Source: Clostridia bacterium
GTDB lineage: Bacteria; Bacillota; Clostridia; Monoglobales; Monoglobaceae
Direction: 5' to 3'
Assembly: GCA_045537265.1 (NCBI GenBank)
Contig: JAZSPE010000104.1
Span: forward strand, 1-29,243
Length of the DNA stretch: 29,243 nt
Shown: positions 1 to 7,123 of the stretch, in pieces
Layout of the letters: the number at the start of each line of letters is the position of its first letter
Position numbering within the stretch: the first letter of the stretch is position 1
The notes under the pieces: model-generated
What the model saw: only the letters and a program-made list of their open reading frames with translations
Database searches by the model: none
What the model was told of the DNA's origin: nothing
Translations under genes and position numbers: made by a program

Positions 1-350
1 GTCTTTCCAACACTTCCTGTTATTGCAACAATCGGAATATCAAACTGGCTTCTGTAAAGCTTTGCAATATCGCGAAGAGCCTTATGAGTATCGTCAACAA
101 CTATAACGGGATATGTTCCGTCATCATTGTCCCAATGCTCAACAACCGAGCAAACCGCTCCGCCCTCTGTTGCACTCTGAACAAATTTATGGCCGTCAAA
201 ATTCTCGCCCTTTAAGGCAACAAAAACAGAGCCTTCAATAATCTGTCGGCTGTCTGTTATAACATCTTTAACTATTTCGTCGCTGTCGGCATACCAAAGC
301 ATTCCGCCCGTCGCTCTTGCAATCTCGCCAAGTGTCAATCGCCATTCCAT
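1..350 (-). CDS. murF: UDP-N-acetylmuramoyl-tripeptide--D-Ala-D-Ala ligase MurF, 5' part (runs off the window)
   Basis: Manual translation from ATG at 350: MEWRLTLGEIARATGG...VITDSRQIIEGSVFVALKGENFDGHKF. This is a Mur-ligase N-terminus, and it lies directly after murE in the dcw cluster. Confidence 0.88.
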   Translation of the reverse strand, partial: MEWRLTLGEIARATGGMLWYADSDEIVKDVITDSRQIIEGSVFVALKGENFDGHKFVQSATEGGAVCSVVEHWDNDDGTYPVIVVDDTHKALRDIAKLYRSQFDIPIVAITGSVGK

Positions 351-375
351 AGCCTAACTCCAATCCGCACCCCTT

Positions 376-1197
376 TTAGTGCTGTGTGTTTTCGATAAGC
401 TTGGTAACAATCTCACGCTCATCAAACACAATCGTTCTGTCTTTTAAAATCTGGTAGGTTTCGTGACCTTTCCCTGCAAGTAATATTATATCATCTTTTT
501 CCGCGTGGTCAAGAGCAAACTCAATGGCTTCAAAACGATTTTCAACCACTGCATAGTCGCATTCTGTTTCGTTTATGCCAACTAAGATATCCTTTATAAT
601 ATCAGACGGGTTTTCGGATCTTGGATTATCGCTTGTCACAACGCAGAAATCTGAAAGCTCCCCTGCAATTTTTCCCATAAGAGGACGCTTTGTTTTATCT
701 CTGTCTCCGCCACAGCCAAAGAGGGTTATAATTCTGCCTTTTGCAAAACCTCTTATGGCATTTATGATATTGAGTAGTCCGTCAGGGGTATGAGCATAGT
801 CGATTATAACTGTGTAAGGAGTGTTGGTTTTAACAACCTCAATTCTCCCTTTAACCCCTTCCGCACTTTCGAGACCTTTTGCAATTTCCGAAAGAGGCAC
901 ATTAAGACCTATTGAGCAGGAAATAGCAGTAAGGGCATTATAAACCGAAAATTCCCCAGGAATATTAAGGCTCATCTTCTGGCTTTCTCCATTATAAACT
1001 AAATCAAATTCAATTCCGTTTCCTAAAAGCTTTATGTTTTCAGCAAAAACATCAGACGGCTTTTCCTTGCCATAAGTTATAATCTGACAACCCTGCGCCT
1101 TATCTACAAGATACTCCGCTACATCTGTGTCGTTGTTTATAACTGCAACCTTGCTGAGGGCGAAAAGCTTTGACTTCGCCTCTAAATAGTTCTCCAT
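376..1197 (-). CDS. murE: MurE C-terminal fragment
   Basis: Contains GRIE, DYAHTPD, FGCGGDRD, the DNPR meso-DAP specificity motif and AGKGHE. Confidence 0.8.
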   Translation of the reverse strand: MENYLEAKSKLFALSKVAVINNDTDVAEYLVDKAQGCQIITYGKEKPSDVFAENIKLLGNGIEFDLVYNGESQKMSLNIPGEFSVYNALTAISCSIGLNVPLSEIAKGLESAEGVKGRIEVVKTNTPYTVIIDYAHTPDGLLNIINAIRGFAKGRIITLFGCGGDRDKTKRPLMGKIAGELSDFCVVTSDNPRSENPSDIIKDILVGINETECDYAVVENRFEAIEFALDHAEKDDIILLAGKGHETYQILKDRTIVFDEREIVTKLIENTQH

Positions 1198-1226
1198 GGT
1201 TTCGTGGAAATCAAGATGGTCCTGAG

Positions 1227-1817
1227 TTATGTTGGTAAAAGCCCCTCCGTAAAATCACAGGTGGAAACTCTGTTTAAGGCAAGAGAATGGGAGGAAACCT
1301 CCATAACAACATATTCTGCCTCTTCTTCTATCATTTTAGAAAGAAGCTCCATAAGTTCAATAACATCAGGGGTTGTATGCTGAGACGGAAGAACCATATC
1401 TCCGATTAAATTCTGGTTTGTTCCGATAAGGCCAACCTTTTTCCCATAGCTTTCAAGGATTGACTTTATAAGATATGTTGTTGTGGTTTTGCCGTTTGTT
1501 CCGGTTATTCCAACAATGTTAAGCTTTTTATAAGGGTGGTTATAAAAGTTTGCCGCGATTGTTGAGGTTTCCTTTCTTGAATCCTCAACAATAACCGTTG
1601 TTGCGCCGATTCCCTCGATTTCGTGCTCAGCAAGAAGAGCCACCGCCCCCTTGTCAATTGCCTGGGCTGCATAATCGTGGCCATCTACTTTAAAGCCCGG
1701 AATGCAGATGAATAAATATCCTGCTCTTACCTCTCTTGAATCAAAGGTTATGCCTGAAATATTTACCTCTTCATTTCCTATAACTTTTACATCCTTTAAA
1801 AGCTCGCAAAGTTTCAT
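1227..1817 (-). CDS. murE: MurE N-terminal fragment
   Basis: Contains FDSR, DGHDY, the GITGTNGKTTT P-loop, TTPD and MEVSSH; ends prematurely at EGLLPT*. Confidence 0.8.
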   Translation of the reverse strand: MKLCELLKDVKVIGNEEVNISGITFDSREVRAGYLFICIPGFKVDGHDYAAQAIDKGAVALLAEHEIEGIGATTVIVEDSRKETSTIAANFYNHPYKKLNIVGITGTNGKTTTTYLIKSILESYGKKVGLIGTNQNLIGDMVLPSQHTTPDVIELMELLSKMIEEEAEYVVMEVSSHSLALNRVSTCDFTEGLLPT

Positions 1818-1830
1818 ATCTAATCCCCCG

Positions 1831-4068
1831 TTAATCCCTTACCTCCGCATAGGTGAAGTTAAGGGTTACAACCGTTCCCGCTTCAACAACTGTTCCGCCA
1901 AGAGGAAGCTGGCCGCTGCAATGGGCCGCCCCTGCGGTGTTGGAAACGCCTTTTATTTTTACATTGAGTCCTAAATCTGTCAGGACTTTATTCGCCTCAG
2001 CAGGAGACATTCCCAAAACTCTCGGAACTGTCACCATCTGCTTCTCGCTACTTTTCTCTGTATATAATACTATGTTTGAATTCTTGGATACTTTCGCATT
2101 TGCCTTTGGCATCTGCTCAATAACATTTGTTCCGTTGCCGTAAACCTTAACCTTAAAGCCTGCCTTCTCCATTGTCTGCTTTGCCTTATCAGGAGTTCTT
2201 CCCACAACATCAGGAACCAAAATGTCAATAAACTGCATTTCTTCCTCGGTGTATTCAGGCTCAACATTTAAATATTGGAGAGTTTCGTCCAAAATGTTTT
2301 TAACAACAGGCGCCGCTATAAGACCGCCGTAATAAGTATTCCCAACAGGAGGCTGGTCAAGGATTACAAGGCAAACAACCTGTGGGTCGTCGGCAGGAGC
2401 AAAACCTATAAATGAAGCAACATACTTGCCGTTGCCTCGTGGCTGTTTCTCTGATGTTCCTGTTTTTCCTGCAATTCTGTATCCGGCAAGATACGCATTC
2501 TTACCGCCGCCTTCTGAAACAACGGATTCTAAGATAGTTCGCATTGTGTCGCTTGTTTCCTTGGAAACAATCTGTCTTACTGTTGTTGGCTGGATATCCT
2601 CCACGACATTCATATCTTTATCTATAACCTGCTTTATAAGATGGGGTTTCATAAGCTTACCGCCGTTTGCAACAGCTGCCGCAAGAGAAACCATTTGAAG
2701 AGGTGTTACATTAAAGCTCTGCCCGAAAGATGAGGTTGCAAGGTCGATTTCCTTGAAGTTGCTCTCCGCGTGGAAAATACCTGACTGCTCACCCGGAAGC
2801 TCTATCCCCGTCTTCTGCAAGAAACCGAAGCCTTTCAGATACTTTATGAAATTTTTAGTTCCCACTCTTGCACCAATCTGGATAAAAGCAGGATTGCAGG
2901 AGTTCTGAACTGCCATCTGGAAGGTCTGACTTCCGTGGCCGTTCCGGTTAGCACAGTTTATTGTTCTGTCCGCAACCTTTATGCTTCCTCCACAATAGAA
3001 ATGGTCATTAAGACCAACAACCTTTTCTTCAAGAGCCATTGATGCAACGGCAATCTTAAAGGTTGAGCCCGGCTCATAAGTGTCAACAACCGCTTTGTTT
3101 CGCCTTAAAAACTGAGTTACTTCTGTAACTCTTGCGTTATATTCGTCGCCCTCTAATTCTTCCAGCTCTTCTTTTATTCCCTCATATTTCTTTTCAACCG
3201 CCTCTGTTATGGCAAAAGGCTCGTTTAGGTCATAGTCGGGCTTTGTTACCATAGCAAGAATTTCGCCACTGTTAACATCCATAACAATAGCCGCCGCACC
3301 CTCTTGGAGCTCGTTTTCAATTCTCGCGTTTTCAAGATGCTTTTCTGCAAAATGCTGGATGGTTTCGTCAATGGTTAAAACAATGCTGTTTCCGTCAACC
3401 GCCTCAACATATCTTTCATAGTTATCGGGAATTTCCATTCCGGAAACCTGGTCAGCCGTTACAATTCGCCCCGGGATACCGCTTAAAACATCATTATAAA
3501 CATTTTCAATCCCTTCAAGGCCCTGGTTATCCGAACCTACGAAACCAATAACATGGGAGGCAAAGTTCCCATAAGGATAATATCTTTTTGTATCTTCCGT
3601 AAAGCGAAAGCCGCTAAGCTTATATTTGTTTATATATGCACGGAATTCGTCCGCCTCTGTTTTCCCAACTTTTTTCTTTATGTACTGGAAATTGGTATTG
3701 CTGTTTATTCTCTCTAACATTGTTTCTTCGTCTGTACCGAAGACCTCTGATATTTTCTCCGCAATTTCCTCTACGGTCTGATTTTCATTCTTTCTCACAT
3801 CAGCAGGGGAGATGCTTAAAGTTTCAACAGTCATATTGCTTGCCAGAACTTTATAGTTTCGGTCATAGATATTTCCTCTTTCAGGAGTTATAAGGCTGTC
3901 AACGGTCTGCTGTTCTCTTGCCGCAATAGTAAGCTCTTCTCCTTTAACAATTTGCAGATATGCAATTCTCACTATCAATGCAAAAAAGCATAGTAACACT
4001 ATGCTAAGGAATGCCATTATTCGTTTCTTTTGTTTTACAGAGCTACCCTGATTTCGCACTTTAAGCAC
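1831..4068 (-). CDS. spoVD: Class B penicillin-binding protein (SpoVD/FtsI type) with C-terminal PASTA domains
   Basis: N-terminal TM helix, RGNIYDRN dimerisation motif, STFK (SxxK), SCN (SxN), KTGT and two PASTA-like repeats; dcw position. The GTG start is preceded by an in-frame TAG. Confidence 0.85.
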   Translation of the reverse strand: MLKVRNQGSSVKQKKRIMAFLSIVLLCFFALIVRIAYLQIVKGEELTIAAREQQTVDSLITPERGNIYDRNYKVLASNMTVETLSISPADVRKNENQTVEEIAEKISEVFGTDEETMLERINSNTNFQYIKKKVGKTEADEFRAYINKYKLSGFRFTEDTKRYYPYGNFASHVIGFVGSDNQGLEGIENVYNDVLSGIPGRIVTADQVSGMEIPDNYERYVEAVDGNSIVLTIDETIQHFAEKHLENARIENELQEGAAAIVMDVNSGEILAMVTKPDYDLNEPFAITEAVEKKYEGIKEELEELEGDEYNARVTEVTQFLRRNKAVVDTYEPGSTFKIAVASMALEEKVVGLNDHFYCGGSIKVADRTINCANRNGHGSQTFQMAVQNSCNPAFIQIGARVGTKNFIKYLKGFGFLQKTGIELPGEQSGIFHAESNFKEIDLATSSFGQSFNVTPLQMVSLAAAVANGGKLMKPHLIKQVIDKDMNVVEDIQPTTVRQIVSKETSDTMRTILESVVSEGGGKNAYLAGYRIAGKTGTSEKQPRGNGKYVASFIGFAPADDPQVVCLVILDQPPVGNTYYGGLIAAPVVKNILDETLQYLNVEPEYTEEEMQFIDILVPDVVGRTPDKAKQTMEKAGFKVKVYGNGTNVIEQMPKANAKVSKNSNIVLYTEKSSEKQMVTVPRVLGMSPAEANKVLTDLGLNVKIKGVSNTAGAAHCSGQLPLGGTVVEAGTVVTLNFTYAEVRD

Positions 4069-4104
4069 TGCGGCTTCCTAAAAGGATAAGCCGTGTTCTC
4101 CTTT
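4069..4104 (-). promoter_or_regulatory. Translation-initiation region of spoVD: SD AAAGGAG separated from GTG by a 23-nt hairpin
   Basis: The mRNA reads AAAGGAG AACA CGGCUUAUCCUUUUAGGAAGCCG CA GUG. The stem has 9 bp (6 GC) and a 2-nt bulge. Confidence 0.5.
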
Positions 4105-4127
4105 CTGTTTTACTTTCCGCTCTATAC

Positions 4128-4156
4128 AATATATTTTATCGCCTGTTTTTTTATAA
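4128..4156 (-). promoter_or_regulatory. Candidate sigma-E promoter for spoVD
   Basis: TTATAAA-N14-AATATATT resembles the sigma-E consensus (xxATAxx-N14-CATAcanT). B. subtilis spoVD is sigma-E dependent. Confidence 0.4.
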
Positions 4157-4654
4157 CTAATCAAAAATGTTCATTGAGCCAACAAGCATACCTGATGCGC
4201 CCGAGAGGGAAGGAGTTGCTTTTTCATTCTCATTCTCTGCAAGGTGAATTCCTGTATCTTCAAAGCCCATATCAATATAGAAAACCTGATATCTCTCTGG
4301 TCTTGTCATATTATATTCTTCTGTTGCCGCTCTTTGAAGCTCTTCTAAGTCTAAGTTCTTGTTTATTTCTGCCTGGATTGTCTGATTTTCAGCGATTACG
4401 GAATTATGTTCTTTGCGAAGCTTGGTTATATTGCCGTTCATTTCATCAATTGCCACATAGCCTCTTACCATCATAAAGGATAGAACGAGAACGGCCGCAA
4501 CCATAGAAAGCCCTTTGACTTTATGGACCATCATCATCTTTTTATTAACTTTTCTTTTAAGGTTAGGTTTCTTTGCGGTAGCTTTACGCTTTATTTCACG
4601 CTCTGGGTTGTCAAGTTTATACGCACTGCTTGTGTTATAGCTTTGATAACTCAT
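4157..4654 (-). CDS. ftsL: FtsL-like cell division protein (cytoplasmic N-terminus, one TM helix, coiled coil)
   Basis: Sits between rsmH and the bPBP. TM GLSMVAAVLVLSFMMV, then heptad coiled coil and NLDLEELQRAATEEYNM; SD AGGAG. Confidence 0.65.
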   Translation of the reverse strand: MSYQSYNTSSAYKLDNPEREIKRKATAKKPNLKRKVNKKMMMVHKVKGLSMVAAVLVLSFMMVRGYVAIDEMNGNITKLRKEHNSVIAENQTIQAEINKNLDLEELQRAATEEYNMTRPERYQVFYIDMGFEDTGIHLAENENEKATPSLSGASGMLVGSMNIFD

Positions 4655-4676
4655 TCTTCCCTCTCCTTTAAAGTTT

Positions 4677-5606
4677 TTATAATTTTATTATCCCCCTCAG
4701 CTTTGCGCTGTGGGCTCTGTTATTATTCCTAAGCTCTTCTTCCCCTGAAACGATAGGCTTCTTATTATAAAGCTTGACTATCGGTTTCTTGTTGCAAACG
4801 CAAACAGGGAAATTTTTCGGGCAAATACACCCTGAGGCTAAATCATTGAAAACGGTTTTGACAATTCTGTCTTCTAAAGAATGGAATGTTATAACGGATA
4901 AAACTCCGCCCGGTTTCAAGACAGAAACAAAATCCCTTATTGCCCCTTCTAAAATTTCAAGCTCGTGGTTAACTTCAATTCTTATGGCCTGAAAAGTCCT
5001 CTTTGCAGGATGCTTGTCCTTTTGCCTTGCCTCTTTTGGCATTGCCTTTTTAATTATGTCCGAAAGCTGGAAGGTCGTTTCAATCGCCCTTTTTTCTCTT
5101 TCGGCAACTATGGTTCTTGCTATGGCAGGGGCGAACCGCTCCTCGCCGTAGGCATATATAATTCTCTTTAAATCGCTTTCTGAATAAGTGTTTATAAGTT
5201 CGTATGCCGAAAAGGACTGTTCCTTATTCATTCGCATATCAAGACGGGCATCTTTGTTATAGCTGAATCCTCGACTTCCCTCATCAAGCTGATGGGAAGA
5301 AACCCCAAGATCAAGGATTGCTCCGTCAATTTCTTCTATGTTAAGGTCTCTTAAAACCTCTTTTATGTTGGAAAAGTTATTATGGACCGCCGTGAACTTA
5401 TCTTTATAGCTTTCAAGCCTTTCGCTCGCCGCCGAAATAGCGTCCGTGTCCTGGTCAATGCCGATAAGTCGTCCTCCGCTCATCTTCTTTAAAATGAGCT
5501 CAGAATGTCCGCCACCGCCTAAGGTTCCGTCAACATAAATTCCGTCTTTCACCCCAAGCATCAAGACGCTCTCATCAAGCAAAACTGAAATATGATTAAA
5601 TTCCAT
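4677..5606 (-). CDS. rsmH: 16S rRNA m4C1402 methyltransferase RsmH (MraW)
   Basis: HISVLL, DGTLGGGGHS, DLGVSSHQLD, LDMRM, FQAIRIEVN, FHSLEDRIVK, SAKLR. Confidence 0.97.
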   Translation of the reverse strand: MEFNHISVLLDESVLMLGVKDGIYVDGTLGGGGHSELILKKMSGGRLIGIDQDTDAISAASERLESYKDKFTAVHNNFSNIKEVLRDLNIEEIDGAILDLGVSSHQLDEGSRGFSYNKDARLDMRMNKEQSFSAYELINTYSESDLKRIIYAYGEERFAPAIARTIVAEREKRAIETTFQLSDIIKKAMPKEARQKDKHPAKRTFQAIRIEVNHELEILEGAIRDFVSVLKPGGVLSVITFHSLEDRIVKTVFNDLASGCICPKNFPVCVCNKKPIVKLYNKKPIVSGEEELRNNNRAHSAKLRGIIKL

Positions 5607-5607
5607 A

Positions 5608-6033
5608 TTAAAGCCCCAGACTTTCCATAAGTTCTTCTATTCCCTCCGGAGTAAATTCCGGACCCTCGGTCTGCTTGTCCCATGTTGCCTTGTCCCAGAT
5701 TTCAGCGTGGTCACACATACCGATAAATGCAACCTCTCTTAAAATGCCGGCAAAGCTTCTGTATTCAGCAGGGAGAAGAATTCTGCCCTGAGCATCAATC
5801 TCGCAATCAACTGAGTTACTAAGTATAGCCTTTCTGAGTTTATTGGCATCTCCGCCCTTTAAAGCAAGGAGCTTCTCCATAAATTTCATCCATTCTTCCA
5901 TGGAATAAATTTGGAGGCACTGCCCTCTTCCGCAGGAGAGAACAAACTGACCGCCAAGACTGTCACGGAACTTCGCAGGCATACTTACTCTGCCCTTAGC
6001 ATCTACATTATGAAAATATTTTCCGATAAGCAT
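5608..6033 (-). CDS. mraZ: Division/cell wall cluster transcriptional repressor MraZ
   Basis: Two AbrB-like repeats (DAKGRVSMPAKFR, DAQGRILLP) and AEIWD; first gene of the dcw cluster; SD GAAAGGAG. Confidence 0.95.
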   Translation of the reverse strand: MLIGKYFHNVDAKGRVSMPAKFRDSLGGQFVLSCGRGQCLQIYSMEEWMKFMEKLLALKGGDANKLRKAILSNSVDCEIDAQGRILLPAEYRSFAGILREVAFIGMCDHAEIWDKATWDKQTEGPEFTPEGIEELMESLGL

Positions 6034-6099
6034 CCTTTAAAGCTCCTTTCCTTAATACTTGGCATTTGGGCCACCTTAATAAGCTGGGGTCAAGTTTTA

Positions 6100-6160
6100 T
6101 ACCATTTTAAGGTATTTTACCCCACTTCATACCACTTTATTAAATTTTACTATACTTTTA
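6100..6160 (-). promoter_or_regulatory. MraZ-binding-like direct repeats with 10-bp period
   Basis: The minus strand reads AAAGTGGTAT GAAGTGGGGT AAAATACCTT AAAATGGTAT. These are (G/A)TGG cores at 10/20-bp spacing just downstream of the promoter. Confidence 0.6.
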
Positions 6161-6172
6161 TGGAAATTGCAA
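6144..6172 (-). promoter_or_regulatory. Sigma-A promoter of the dcw operon
   Basis: TTGCAA (6172-6167), 17 bp, TAAAAT (6149-6144). Confidence 0.65.
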
Positions 6173-6298
6173 GGTTTTTTTATAAATTTTTTGCAAAAAT
6201 TTTAATTTTATGTTACAAATGGATTAAATTGTGGTTTCAAACTCTTTAAAACACAATATATAGGGGCACCCCTTTTGCCTTTCCAAAAATTACATAAT

Positions 6299-6336
6299 AA
6301 AAAAGACGGAAAATCTTAAAATTTTCCGTCTTTTTT
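6299..6336 (-). terminator. Intrinsic terminator overlapping the comF 3' end
   Basis: 14-bp perfect inverted repeat AAAAGACGGAAAAT/ATTTTCCGTCTTTT with T-tracts on both sides; the comF stop codon lies in the loop. Confidence 0.8.
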
Positions 6337-7074
6337 ATTGAAACCCCTAGGTTCTTTTGTGGTTGTGGCAAAGGTTACAGCATAAATTTCCTTCCCTCCG
6401 CCCTTTTTAAGGACATAAGCACCCTCTTCAATAGTTGCCCCTGTTGTCATAACATCGTCAACTAAGAGTATCCTCTTTCCTTTTAAGTCTATCCCATCAT
6501 AAACTCCAAAGGCTCCGATCATATTCTTTATTCTGTGTTCATAATCAAGACTGCTCTGCTTTTTGGTATCCTTAATCTTTTTAATTACCCTTTTCTCATA
6601 GTGAATATTAAGCTCTTTGGCAAGGCTTCTGCACAGAACTGCCACGGGGTCAAAGCCTCGCTTAATTACTCTTTTATCGCTTGGCGGAATCCCTGTGATA
6701 AGGTCAAAGTGAATTCCCTCAAAGACCTCTTTAACTCTTCCCGCCATAAGCCTTCCCATAACTTCGCCTACAACCTCGCCGTTTCCGTTTTTATATCTCT
6801 TTATTCCGCCTGCGGTTTCATCGTTATACTTAACCACGGCGGTTGCTCTTTTGTAAGGACGGAAAGTTTTAATAAGACAAGGATAACAAACATCCTCTTC
6901 TCCAAGACTTATCTGAGGCTTCCCGCAAATTCTGCAACATTTAAGGTCCTGACAAAAAGCTACCTCTCGTCTGCAATTTTCGCAAATAAAGTTTTCTTTT
7001 CCCTTTGTTATGCTCCCACAAAACATACATTTCTCAGGAAAGAAAATTCTTAAAACAAAATCTATAACTTTCAT
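6316..7074 (-). CDS. comF: ComF/ComFC family protein (double zinc ribbon plus PRTase-like domain)
   Basis: CMFC, CENC, CRIC and CYPC zinc ligands; RGFDP; ILLVDDVMTTGAT PRPP-binding loop. Confidence 0.88.
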   Translation of the reverse strand: MKVIDFVLRIFFPEKCMFCGSITKGKENFICENCRREVAFCQDLKCCRICGKPQISLGEEDVCYPCLIKTFRPYKRATAVVKYNDETAGGIKRYKNGNGEVVGEVMGRLMAGRVKEVFEGIHFDLITGIPPSDKRVIKRGFDPVAVLCRSLAKELNIHYEKRVIKKIKDTKKQSSLDYEHRIKNMIGAFGVYDGIDLKGKRILLVDDVMTTGATIEEGAYVLKKGGGKEIYAVTFATTTKEPRGFNKKDGKF

Positions 7075-7088
7075 ATTTCCTCATAATA

Positions 7089-7116
7089 AGACCGCAAAGA
7101 AAAATCTTTGCGGTCT
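7089..7116 (-). terminator. Hairpin between rny and comF (probable leaky terminator or processing stem)
   Basis: 12-bp perfect stem AGACCGCAAAGA-AAAA-TCTTTGCGGTCT, followed on the minus strand only by TATTAT. Confidence 0.65.
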
Positions 7117-7123
7117 GATAGTT

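Larger units (their letters stand above)
376..1817 (-). pseudogene. murE: MurE (UDP-MurNAc-Ala-Glu--meso-DAP ligase) interrupted by a single-base frameshift at about 1242-1245; genuine or a sequencing error
   Basis: ORFs 1227..1817 and 376..1197 are the two halves of MurE. Adding one G to GAG-GGG-C restores EGAFTNITQDHLDFHETMENY and gives a 480-aa protein. Confidence 0.85.

Noticed and set aside
1227-1250. Canonical programmed -1 frameshift signal in murE
   Set aside because: There is no X-XXY-YYZ heptamer, no SD at dnaX-like spacing and no obvious downstream stimulatory structure. It is kept only as a minor alternative to an indel error.
4093-4476. 127-aa plus-strand ORF opposite ftsL
   Set aside because: Phe/Leu/Ser-rich antisense translation of an A-rich gene, with no SD.
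6258-6290. GGAAAGGCAAAAGGGTGCCCC on the minus strand, reminiscent of a c-di-GMP-I riboswitch start
   Set aside because: The GNRA loop, receptor and P1 pairing are missing, and it lies upstream of the dcw promoter.
6535-7053. 172-aa ORF antisense to comF
   Set aside because: Fully overlapped by a well-supported gene and has no recognisable features.
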